Assembly: GCA_001189075.1 (NCBI GenBank)
Contig: LFCN01000006.1
Span: forward strand, 81,605 to 145,604
Reading direction: 5' to 3'
Origin: Parcubacteria bacterium C7867-004
Lineage (GTDB): Bacteria > Patescibacteriota > Minisyncoccia > Phycocordibacterales > Phycocordibacteraceae
Length of the DNA stretch: 64,000 nucleotides
The number at the start of each line of letters is the position of its first letter. Within the stretch, counting starts at the first letter, position 1. Position numbers and translations under genes: made by a program. This document shows positions 1 to 8,202 of the stretch, in pieces. The notes beneath the pieces are model-generated. The model was given only the letters and a program-made list of their open reading frames with translations. It ran no database searches and was not told the DNA's origin.

Positions 1-987
1 ATCGCTAACGCCTGCGAGCGCTCCGAGGAGATCAGGGCCACGTCCGGAGAGTTCCTTGTATTCATCTGCAAAGACGATGGTCGGCACGGCGAGCGGTACC
101 GACGGCGCGACGTTCTTATTCATAACGAGCTGGTAGGTCGCATAGACCCCACCACCGGCGAGTACGAGGAGTAGTATTCCTGAACCGATGGTGAGCACTG
201 TCCTCGTCGGGAACTTCGTCGATATCTTAATAGCCCGAGGCATTGAGTGCTTTGAATCCTGTTCGGCGGCGAGCACCGAGAACGCCGAGGCGCCTTTCGT
301 ATCGATGCGCTCAGCGAAGTCAGAGGTATAGGTATGCAGACCGGAATCAGGTACTGCGGCGGGTTGTGGTGGAACCATCGGCTCGCGACTGACCGGCGGC
401 ATTCGATTAATGGAAGCGGGCTCTCCGGGAGCAGGTTGGAATGCGGGAGCCGGTACCGGAATGTCCGGCCACTCATTCACTGCAGGCGGAACGATCGGTT
501 CCGGTGCTCTCTCTACTGAGGTTTGTATAGACATGTCAGCGCTCTCACCGACTTTCCGTCGGAGTCGCTCGAGTATCGCCATGCGATCGCTATCGCTTGC
601 GGCAGTATTCGGGCGCGGCATGACCGGGATCGGAATCGCTCGTGGCTCTGAAGCGAGTTCACCTCCAACTATCTGTCCCGCTTCTGCAACCGACGGAAGG
701 TCGAGCACTTCCGGCTGTATCTCATCGCGCTTTGCCTGCTGCTGTTCGAGGTATGCGTCGGCAACCGGCATGCTCACCCCGTCGACGGTCTCTATCGTCT
801 TTGGCGGAGCAGGGCTTGCTACAACCGGCGCGGGAGCTGGCAGTTTCGTTCCACTGAGCGCGGCCATGTCCTTGGCCATCGTCCGGATGAATTGCGAACG
901 ATCTTCAATCGCTGCTGCGGGTATCGTCCCCTTCTGGGCGCTGTCCGCTGCCGCTCCTTGATCGGTACCCTTAGTTTCCGGTGGCAT
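1..987 (-). CDS. Hypothetical Pro-rich protein with one predicted TM segment (3' end runs off the window)
   Basis: Own translation of the minus strand from ATG at 987 (MPPETKGTDQG...FIRTMAKDMAAL...LHTYTSDFAERIDTKGASAFSVLAAEQD...TVLTIGSGILLLVLAGGGVYATY) is open to position 1; TATAAT lies upstream. Absent from the ORF track because it has no stop in the window. Confidence 0.75.
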   Translation of the reverse strand, partial: MPPETKGTDQGAAADSAQKGTIPAAAIEDRSQFIRTMAKDMAALSGTKLPAPAPVVASPAPPKTIETVDGVSMPVADAYLEQQQAKRDEIQPEVLDLPSVAEAGQIVGGELASEPRAIPIPVMPRPNTAASDSDRMAILERLRRKVGESADMSIQTSVERAPEPIVPPAVNEWPDIPVPAPAFQPAPGEPASINRMPPVSREPMVPPQPAAVPDSGLHTYTSDFAERIDTKGASAFSVLAAEQDSKHSMPRAIKISTKFPTRTVLTIGSGILLLVLAGGGVYATYQLVMNKNVAPSVPLAVPTIVFADEYKELSGRGPDLLGALAGVSD

Positions 988-1091
988 ATCGTAATTCGAT
1001 TATACCTTTATGTACGGAGTAATTCTTTGTGCACGTGCATAGGAAAGGCGCGACTGATAGTCGCGCCTCCCCTTCATTATTTGTTCATTCG

Positions 1092-1607
1092 TTATCCTCG
1101 GTGCCCGATGATGTACTTCTTCGGATCCTCGCACATATCTGTGAATGCGTGAGCGGCTTCCTTCAGCTTCTGTGAGGACGACTTGCCGAAGGAGATGACC
1201 TCCACCTGACAACCCTCGTTCATATCGAGGTATTCGATGAGTGGGACGAAGTCGCCGTCCCCGGTGGCGAGAATGATGGTATCGAGTTTTGGAGCCAACT
1301 TTACGGCGTCGATAGCAATACCCACGTCCCAATCAGCTTTCTTGGCGCCGTCGGAGAATATTTGCAGGCCCTTAACCTTCGTTTCTATGCCTATCTTGGT
1401 TAGTGCATCGAAGAAGGCGCCCTCTTCCCCGCCCTCCGTGGATATGACGTAGGCGATGGCGCGAACGAGAACGCGATCGCCGACGGCCTCTTCGAGGACC
1501 TTCGCGAAGTTAACGCGTGACTTATAAAGATGTTTTGCGCTGTGGTAGAGGTTCTGGGTATCGATGAACACTCCTACTCGCTGCGCCGGATGTTTTATGA
1601 CTGGCAT
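1092..1607 (-). CDS. NYN domain protein (LabA/DUF88, PIN-like fold)
   Basis: Motifs VFIDTQNL, KADWDVGIAID and LATGDGDFVPL. Confidence 0.9.
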   Translation of the reverse strand: MPVIKHPAQRVGVFIDTQNLYHSAKHLYKSRVNFAKVLEEAVGDRVLVRAIAYVISTEGGEEGAFFDALTKIGIETKVKGLQIFSDGAKKADWDVGIAIDAVKLAPKLDTIILATGDGDFVPLIEYLDMNEGCQVEVISFGKSSSQKLKEAAHAFTDMCEDPKKYIIGHRG

Positions 1608-1708
1608 GCGAAATGCGTATTAAAATTCTTACAATGGTCCAGAGGGACCCGACCTTCCTATTCTACACTGCTTAGAAACGAGAAAGCGGGGCTGTGCCCC
1701 GCGTATCC

Positions 1709-1975
1709 CTACTTCTTGAGACCGAGCTTCTTCACGATCGTCGAGTAGCGACGCTTGTCGTTCTTCTCGAGATAGCGGAGATGGCTCCTGCGGTCGGCAA
1801 CCATCTGAAGAAGGCCGCGGCGGGAGTGAAAGTCCTTCTTGTTCTTCTTAAGGTGGTTCGTAAGCTCCTCGATCTTGCGGGTAAGGATAGCAACCTGAAC
1901 AGGAGCCGAACCATTGTCCGACTCATGAATTGCGGCGTCTTTGATGACTGCCGTCTTCACTCGTTTCGTAAGCAT
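1709..1975 (-). CDS. rpsO: 30S ribosomal protein S15
   Basis: DNGSAPVQVAILT...KDFHSRRGLLQMV; 88 aa. Confidence 0.97.
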   Translation of the reverse strand: MLTKRVKTAVIKDAAIHESDNGSAPVQVAILTRKIEELTNHLKKNKKDFHSRRGLLQMVADRRSHLRYLEKNDKRRYSTIVKKLGLKK

Positions 1976-2067
1976 TACCGGGACTGTACCATGTCTTGAT
2001 TAAAAATGCAAGTGTTTCCTAGTGGGTCAGTATTGTGCGCACTTCCAGGTGCTACACTTAAACCTAT

Positions 2068-2982
2068 ATGGATGCTGCTCAGATGAAGCGCGAGTTCCTC
2101 GAATACATCGAGATAGAGCGAGGGCGTGCAGTAAAGACCATTGAGAATTATGACCACTACCTCTCTCGATTCTTCGAACAGATGCAAATTAAGCAGGTCG
2201 GTGACATTACTGAGAGCAGCGTGCGTGAATTCCGTCTCTGGCTGAACCGCCAGGAGGGCGTGAACGGCTCGATGAAGCGGAAGACCCAGAACTATTACCT
2301 CATCGCGCTACGCGCATTCCTCAAGTTCCTGCGCAAACGAGGCATATCGGGTCTTGCGCCTGAGTACATCGAGCTCGCTAAGGTTCCCGAGCGGCATATT
2401 GATCTCATAACCGCCGCGGAACTGAAGCGGCTCATGGACGCGCCGAGCGAAGCGTACCTCAAGGAGAAGAAAGAGGACAAGAAGATCAAGTATCTGCGCG
2501 ATGCGGCGATACTCGAGCTTCTCTTCTCTACCGGACTGCGCGTTTCCGAGCTCTGCGCCCTCGATAGCGACCTAGATCTCACGCGCGATGAGATGTCGGT
2601 TCGCGGAAAGGGCGAGAAGATACGGGTCGTATTCCTTTCTGAAGCGAGCAAGCTCGCCGTCCGTCAGTATCTGAAGGCGCGCAAGGACATGAACCCTGCC
2701 CTATTCGTCGACGGCCGTCCCGATAAGCTGCATCGCATCACGCCACGGGACATCCAGCGCCATATTAAGACGTATGCTACGCGTGCGGGTATAACGGGTA
2801 AGGTAACGCCGCACACCATGCGGCATGTCTTCGCGACTGACCTGCTTAGCAATGGCGCTGATATTCGTTCAGTGCAGCAGTTACTGGGTCATGCGAGCAT
2901 TACGACCACGCAGATCTACACTCATGTCACCGATGCGCATCTGCGTGAAGTGCATAAGAAGTTCCACTCGCGTGGCCGCTAG
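2068..2982 (+). CDS. XerC/XerD-like tyrosine recombinase
   Basis: Complete catalytic set: TGLRVSE, RGKGEK, PHTMRH, LGHASITTTQIY; N-terminal SAM-like domain. Confidence 0.92.
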   Translation: MDAAQMKREFLEYIEIERGRAVKTIENYDHYLSRFFEQMQIKQVGDITESSVREFRLWLNRQEGVNGSMKRKTQNYYLIALRAFLKFLRKRGISGLAPEYIELAKVPERHIDLITAAELKRLMDAPSEAYLKEKKEDKKIKYLRDAAILELLFSTGLRVSELCALDSDLDLTRDEMSVRGKGEKIRVVFLSEASKLAVRQYLKARKDMNPALFVDGRPDKLHRITPRDIQRHIKTYATRAGITGKVTPHTMRHVFATDLLSNGADIRSVQQLLGHASITTTQIYTHVTDAHLREVHKKFHSRGR

Positions 2983-3022
2983 GAACTCCCCTTTCCCGTA
3001 ATACTTGGTATAGAATGCGCGT

Positions 3023-3814
3023 ATGCGCATTGTTTCGTGGAACGTAAATGGCATACGAGCCGTGCACCGGAAAGAGCTCTTCATGCCCTTCATAAAGCAA
3101 TTGAGGCCGGACGTTATCTGTCTACAAGAAACGAAGGCTGAGGAGCATCAGTCCGCAATTGATCTCATGGACTATGAAGAATATTGGCACTCGGCCAAGA
3201 AAAAAGGTTATAGCGGTGTAGCCATCTTCACGAAGCAGGTTCCTGAGGACGTTTTGTTCGGTATGCCAGCTGATATCGTCGAGGAATATGGCTTAGCTAC
3301 TGACGGCTACGGCGACCCAAATGAAGAAGGCCGCGTTATAGCCGCAGATATGGGCCCGTTTTACGTCGTCTCCGTATATACCCCAAACTCCAAGGACGAC
3401 CTTTCCCGGCTTACGCTTCGCCATAAGCACTGGGACCCGGCATTTCTGGCGTATATGAAGCGTCTTGAGGCCGAGAAACCGGTCATATTCTGCGGGGATC
3501 TGAACGTCGCACATACGCCCGACGACCTCGCGAATCCCAAGGCTAACGAGGGCGGACACGGGTATACCAAGGAAGAACGCGAAGGCATCGACATTATCCA
3601 GGCGGCAGGGTTCGTTGACACCTTCCGCATATTCACTCAAGGCAATGGGTACTACTCCTGGTGGAGTCACTGGGCACAAGCCAGAGAACGCAATATTGGC
3701 TGGCGCATCGACTATGTCTTCGTCTCCAAGGCACTCAAGGGGAAAATAAAGAAGGCCGAGATTCATGCGGACATTTTCGGATCCGACCACTGCCCCGTGT
3801 CCGTTACGCTATAA
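3023..3814 (+). CDS. xth: Exodeoxyribonuclease III (AP endonuclease)
   Basis: SWNVNGIRA, LQETK, GYSGV, GDLNVAH, GWRIDY and GSDHCP motifs. Confidence 0.95.
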   Translation: MRIVSWNVNGIRAVHRKELFMPFIKQLRPDVICLQETKAEEHQSAIDLMDYEEYWHSAKKKGYSGVAIFTKQVPEDVLFGMPADIVEEYGLATDGYGDPNEEGRVIAADMGPFYVVSVYTPNSKDDLSRLTLRHKHWDPAFLAYMKRLEAEKPVIFCGDLNVAHTPDDLANPKANEGGHGYTKEEREGIDIIQAAGFVDTFRIFTQGNGYYSWWSHWAQARERNIGWRIDYVFVSKALKGKIKKAEIHADIFGSDHCPVSVTL

Positions 3815-3822
3815 AGGACAAG

Positions 3823-3840
3823 TTATACACACTATCCACA
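3823..3840 (+). promoter_or_regulatory. Two tandem DnaA-box-like 9-mers
   Basis: TTATACACA (3823-3831) and CTATCCACA (3832-3840), bracketed by the inverted repeat AAAGGACAA/TTGTCCTTT. Confidence 0.45.
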
Positions 3841-4054
3841 GAGTTGTCCTTTACTCGTGTCTTTTATACGGCTAGTATCAATGAAGACCTGGGGGTCGGC
3901 ACAGCTCACAAGGAGTGACGCCTTCCCTTTCAGGAGGCGAATGTTCTTTGCGAGCTCTTTCTAAGCATCAGGCGCAAAAATGTGCGACGATGTCAGGCTA
4001 CACCAACGGTTTCGGAGCGTTTCTCCGCCATTCTTAAGTGGGTACAGCAGGCAA

Positions 4055-5201
4055 AGTTCCACGTGAAAGCGCACCCGTTCATTGAAGCCGTTTGATATAT
4101 CCAAACCTATTGGCGGGCGCCAACCAAAGCCCCCTTCCCCAACCTTGCCCGCCGCCCGGAGACAATCAAACAAAAACACGTAAGAGGCCAGACATAAGGA
4201 CCATGCCCGCGATGATCTTTATTTCTGGCCTCTTTTCTGTATATTTCACGTGAAACTGTCTTCATAAAACACAAAAGTCCGTATATACGGGCTTTGTGGT
4301 GTTTCATGTGAAAACTAAAACCTAACGAACGTGGTGTTTTTCGAGTATTTCCTGGATCTCCCTTTCCTCTTCAATTTCCCTCCTTTTCTTCCCCGAGTCC
4401 CCCAACTCTTTCAGTTCCTGTTCCGGAAGCAGTAAGAGAGCCTCTGTCCGCTCGTCCAGGTATTTTTCAGTATTGAGCTTAGGGTCTTCAAGAACTTCCT
4501 CTAGGAGTGCATGAAGCGCATACCCTATTTTCGGACCCGCTTTCACGTGGAACTTTTCCATTATCCTGTTTCCATCGGTTTTAAGCATTGCAACTGATAT
4601 TGGGTCACGAAGTGCCTCATCTACCATTGCTTTGTACTTCCTGAAACGAAACGGCTGTTCCTTCGGACGTCCCGTACCAATACGGTCGCAGATACGGAGG
4701 TTTAAAAGGTCCCAGATATGTTCTTCACCCACGTTGTTGATCATTCGGCGAACTGCTGAAAGGGTTATTTGGTCGGGATCTGAGAAAAACATGTGCCAAC
4801 GGACCATTTTGGTCACTTTCTCGATAGTTTCACGTGAAAACTTGAGATCCTCCAAGGCTTTACGAGTTACACGTGAACCAACCACCTCATGGCCGTGGAA
4901 GGTCCAGTCTTTCTTTTCGTCAGACCAGCGCCTTGTTTCAGGCTTTGAAACATCGTGAAAAAGGGCAGCGAGCCTTGTATCAAAATTCCAGTCCTTATCG
5001 GCCGCGTGTTGCATAGCCCGCATAAGGTGACCGAAAACGTCATAGCTGTGGGCCTGATTCTGATCTATACCGATACCGCGGGTTAGGTCAGGGGCAATAT
5101 ATTCAAGGATTCCAAGCTGCTGGGCCAATACCAACGCCATCATTGGCTGTTTAGAGTTAAGAATACGTACGAACTCCTCCCTGACCCTTTCACGTGAAAC
5201 G
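4055..5201. repeat. Cluster of seven parS-like palindromes (ParB-binding centromere)
   Basis: Matches to TGTTNCACGTGAAACA at 4055 AGTTCCACGTGAAAGC, 4242 TATTTCACGTGAAACT, 4300 TGTTTCATGTGAAAAC, 4539 GCTTTCACGTGGAACT, 4826 AGTTTCACGTGAAAAC, 4865 AGTTACACGTGAACCA and 5186 CCTTTCACGTGAAACG. Confidence 0.8.
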
Positions 5202-5785
5202 TGTTTCAAATTAGAACCTTTCTCCTGAATAGCCGCTGCGGTGTCAGTATCGAGAGCAAATTCAAGCTCGGCAACGAGCCGTACTGCTCGCATAAGGCGC
5301 AAAGCATCTTCCTCAAACCGATCTGCCGCAATCCCTACAGTACGGAGCACTTTAGCTTCAATGTCCTTTTGTCCTTGATACGGATCGATTAACTGTCCTT
5401 TAGAATCCTCAAGTGCGATTGCGTTAATCGTGAAGTCACGACGAGCGAGATCGTCTTCGAGGTTATCCCCAAACGCCACTGCGTCTGGTCGGCGCTTATC
5501 GGAATAGCCGGATTCTGTGCGGTAGGGGGTTACTTCAATGACGGCAAGCCTCGGGTCCTCGCTGTCAGTCTTTACTCCTACGGTCCCAAAATCGTTCTCA
5601 TAGAAGGATTCAGGGAAGATTCGCTGAATGTCCTCAGGCTTTGCGTTCGTAGTTACGTCCCAGTCTTTAGGAGTGCGACCGATAAGAAGGTCGCGAACGC
5701 AGCCACCAACTAGATAGGCTTCGAATCCAGCAGTCCGGAGGCCGTCAGTGACTGTTTTCACCTCAAGGGGGATAGGGAAGTGCAT
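4322..5785 (-). CDS. cca: CCA tRNA nucleotidyltransferase / poly(A) polymerase family with HD domain
   Basis: VGGCVRD, KDWD, DLARRDFTINA, EDALRLMRA and LFHDVSKP motifs. Confidence 0.92.
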   Translation of the reverse strand: MHFPIPLEVKTVTDGLRTAGFEAYLVGGCVRDLLIGRTPKDWDVTTNAKPEDIQRIFPESFYENDFGTVGVKTDSEDPRLAVIEVTPYRTESGYSDKRRPDAVAFGDNLEDDLARRDFTINAIALEDSKGQLIDPYQGQKDIEAKVLRTVGIAADRFEEDALRLMRAVRLVAELEFALDTDTAAAIQEKGSNLKHVSRERVREEFVRILNSKQPMMALVLAQQLGILEYIAPDLTRGIGIDQNQAHSYDVFGHLMRAMQHAADKDWNFDTRLAALFHDVSKPETRRWSDEKKDWTFHGHEVVGSRVTRKALEDLKFSRETIEKVTKMVRWHMFFSDPDQITLSAVRRMINNVGEEHIWDLLNLRICDRIGTGRPKEQPFRFRKYKAMVDEALRDPISVAMLKTDGNRIMEKFHVKAGPKIGYALHALLEEVLEDPKLNTEKYLDERTEALLLLPEQELKELGDSGKKRREIEEEREIQEILEKHHVR

Positions 5786-5845
5786 CGAGAAAATACTAGT
5801 ATGGCAGTGGCCATTCTCCTAGCTCTCACGTACTATCGTAATTGA

Positions 5846-5917
5846 GCTCCTGTAGTGAAATGGATATCACAACAGTCTTCGGAACTGTCGTTCCAGGTTC
5901 GAGTCCTGGCGGGAGCA
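5846..5917 (+). tRNA. tRNA-Arg(UCG), CCA not encoded
   Basis: Acceptor GCTCCTG/CGGGAGC, D arm GTGA/TCAC, anticodon stem ACAGT-CTTCGGA-ACTGT, T loop TTCGAGT. Confidence 0.93.
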
Positions 5918-5933
5918 CACTATAATTCTATCT

Positions 5934-6212
5934 ATGGCTGATACCTACCAATTGAAGCGTGAGATAGCCTGGCACACGGAAGAGGTACGTAAACAGGAAC
6001 GTGAGCTCGATGCTGCTAATCGGGAAGTACCTGAGCTTCGAAGAAAGCTTGAGAAGGATATTCGTGATGCGGAAGATGCAGTTCGCGATCTGAAGCGATC
6101 GCTTGAGAACACGAAACGGAAGCTAGATGAATATACGCGTGACCTCATGCGTATTGAGGCGGCAAACGACAACAAAGAACGTGACGACAAGTCCAAAAAG
6201 AGGGCAGCATAA
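5934..6212 (+). CDS. Small coiled-coil hypothetical protein ending in AANDN...RAA
   Basis: 92 aa charged heptad pattern; TATAAT (5921-5926) 7 nt before the ATG. Confidence 0.75.
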   Translation: MADTYQLKREIAWHTEEVRKQERELDAANREVPELRRKLEKDIRDAEDAVRDLKRSLENTKRKLDEYTRDLMRIEAANDNKERDDKSKKRAA

Positions 6213-6216
6213 TCTT

Positions 6217-7398
6217 ATGGAGAGGGCAGACGCGTTAACACTTAGGGCAGCAAAGAAATTCGGGACGCCGTTGTACGTGTACGAACAATCGGTTATCGAG
6301 GATCAGTGTCGGAAGCTGAAGCGGTATTTCCCAGAAGTTGCCTTCCATTACGCCATGAAAGCGAACAGCAATCCTGCTGTGCTCGCCATAATCCGCAAAG
6401 AGGGAATAGGCTGTGAATCGGTAAGTCTGGGGGAGCTCACGCTCGCGCAGAAGGCCGGTTTCAATAAGAATGCCATGAGCTTCACGTGTTCGAACATAAC
6501 CGAACGGGAACTAACGGAAGCAGCAGCGTCAGGCGTACGAGTGCATCTTGATTCACTCGAACAGCTACGGAATTGGGGCAGGCTCAAGCTTGGTAGGGAG
6601 GTGTCACTCCGACTCAATCAAGGAATTGGCGCTGGGCACCATGCGCACGTAATAACCGGCGGCCCAAACAGTAAGTTCGGCATTACGCTTAAAGATATCC
6701 CCGAAGCGATGGATATCGCGAAAAAGTTCGGATTGCGCATTACCGGCATACAGCAGCACATAGGGTCGAATGTTCTTGAGGTAGAGACCTTCCTTAAGGC
6801 TGCACGTACGCTTCTAAAGACGGCAAGAACCTTTTCCGATCTCGAGCATATTGATTTCGGAGGAGGTATCGGCGTTCCGTATCATACAAATGAAAAGCAG
6901 CTCGATCTGAAGGCTCTCGGTAAGGAGTTCAAAATACTGATCCGAGAGTTTCAGAAGAACATGGGGAAGTCCGTGTCGTTCGCCATGGAGCCGGGCCGGT
7001 TCCTCGTCGCAGAAGCGGGAAGTCTTCTGGTTACGGTTGTCGATCTTAAATCTACAGAGAAGCATCAATTCGCTGGAGTGAACTCCGGATTCAATCAACT
7101 TGTCCGTCCTGCTATGTACGGCTCCTACCATCAGATCGATAACCTCTCTCGTTCGAAAGGGAAGCGCGGTGAAGTCACGGTAGCGGGCAATGTCTGCGAG
7201 TCCGGAGATATTCTCGCCTCCAAGCGGACGATGCTAATCCCTGAGATAGCGGATGTCCTCGCGATACGGAACGCAGGAGCCTATGGCTTTAGTATGGCGA
7301 GCTTCTATAATCTCCGTGCTCTGCCCCGTGAGGTTCTCATAACCTCTGCAGGAGCCATGAAGGATATATCGTTTGTCCCGGGTGACTTCGTTCGCTAA
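6217..7398 (+). CDS. lysA: Diaminopimelate decarboxylase
   Basis: FGTPLYVY, YAMKAN (PLP Lys), HIGS, DFGGG, EPGRF, CESGD, GAYG; start moved to the ATG at 6217. Confidence 0.92.
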   Translation: MERADALTLRAAKKFGTPLYVYEQSVIEDQCRKLKRYFPEVAFHYAMKANSNPAVLAIIRKEGIGCESVSLGELTLAQKAGFNKNAMSFTCSNITERELTEAAASGVRVHLDSLEQLRNWGRLKLGREVSLRLNQGIGAGHHAHVITGGPNSKFGITLKDIPEAMDIAKKFGLRITGIQQHIGSNVLEVETFLKAARTLLKTARTFSDLEHIDFGGGIGVPYHTNEKQLDLKALGKEFKILIREFQKNMGKSVSFAMEPGRFLVAEAGSLLVTVVDLKSTEKHQFAGVNSGFNQLVRPAMYGSYHQIDNLSRSKGKRGEVTVAGNVCESGDILASKRTMLIPEIADVLAIRNAGAYGFSMASFYNLRALPREVLITSAGAMKDISFVPGDFVR

Positions 7399-7441
7399 AG
7401 CCTGGAAAAGAAAGAGGCTTCCGTGCTATGATGCCTCCCGA

Positions 7442-7515
7442 GCGGATATGGTTTAGTGGTAAAACGCGTCCTTGCCAAGGACGAGTCGGGAGTTCGATTC
7501 TCCCTATCCGCACCA
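7442..7515 (+). tRNA. tRNA-Gly(GCC), CCA encoded
   Basis: Acceptor GCGGATA/TATCCGC, anticodon stem CGTCC-TTGCCAA-GGACG, T loop TTCGATT. Confidence 0.95.
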
Positions 7516-7522
7516 AGATACG

Positions 7523-7549
7523 AGAAAAGCGCCCATTTGGGCGCTTTTC
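7523..7549. terminator. Intrinsic terminator after tRNA-Gly
   Basis: GAAAAGCGCCC-ATTT-GGGCGCTTTTC. Confidence 0.8.
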
Positions 7550-7675
7550 TCTTGAGGACACCTGTTCACAACTATGGGGACAGTGGGGATAAAAGACAGG
7601 GACATTAATAAGTCAGAGGTGGATGTCCCTACTAGAGCTTTATTTTATAAGTTTTTGATAAAAGTCTTATCTTAG

Positions 7676-8080
7676 ATGTCGCATGCTTTCGTCATGGACT
7701 TATCGAACATGTCTCGAAGACAAACCGAGGACTACGGAAAGAGTGCTGTGGCTCAATACCTCAAGCGACGTGGCTTCCGCATCATAGATCGGAACGCTAC
7801 CGGAGAAATAGACCTCATCGCTCGAAAAGAGAAGACCCTGCATTTCTTCGACGTGAAGACCATTTTCTGTACCGAGTTTCCCGAACAGAATTATGCTTTG
7901 GACAGCTATGATCAGTCAGCGGATCTGCATGCGGAAAAGATACAGAAAGTAGCGATGGCCAGCGAAGAGTATCTGGCAGAAAAGTTTTGGAAGGGAGCGG
8001 CTCAGGTAGACGGGGTCCTGGTATGGCTCAGGGCACGGGATTGGGCGGCGAAGGTGGTACACCTGCCACAAATCCTTTGA
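7676..8080 (+). CDS. YraN/UPF0102 family putative nuclease
   Basis: YLKRRGFRIIDRN..GEIDLIA...FFDVK pattern. Confidence 0.75.
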   Translation: MSHAFVMDLSNMSRRQTEDYGKSAVAQYLKRRGFRIIDRNATGEIDLIARKEKTLHFFDVKTIFCTEFPEQNYALDSYDQSADLHAEKIQKVAMASEEYLAEKFWKGAAQVDGVLVWLRARDWAAKVVHLPQIL

Positions 8081-8120
8081 GTCTGGTAGTATGCGGGGAC
8101 GGACATTTTTAGGTCCACCT

Positions 8121-8194
8121 CGGGGTGTCGTATACCGGTAGTACGCTTGTTTTGGGAACAAGTAGACGGAGTTCAATTCTCCGCACCCCGACCA
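8121..8194 (+). tRNA. tRNA-Pro(UGG), CCA encoded
   Basis: Acceptor CGGGGTG/CACCCCG, anticodon stem CTTGT-TTTGGGA-ACAAG, T loop TTCAATT. Confidence 0.93.
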
Positions 8195-8202
8195 CCAACG
8201 TT

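Noticed and set aside
2068-2982. Tyrosine recombinase as an integron or prophage integrase explaining the orphan cassettes
   Set aside because: It has Xer-like size and motifs, no evident IntI-specific insertion and housekeeping neighbours. I found no attC-like repeats, att duplications or phage genes.
3880-4240. tmRNA or RNase P RNA in the xth-cca gap
   Set aside because: No tRNA-Ala-like ends with a T arm and CCA, and no GAGGAAAGTCC-type RNase P core on either strand.
7550-7675. oriC
   Set aside because: Only one or two degenerate DnaA boxes and a short AT-rich tract, with no dnaA or dnaN nearby; insufficient support.
7676-8080. YraN as a pseudogene (DVK instead of EVK, N-terminal Glu missing)
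   Set aside because: The frame is intact and full length; the substitutions alone do not show inactivation.
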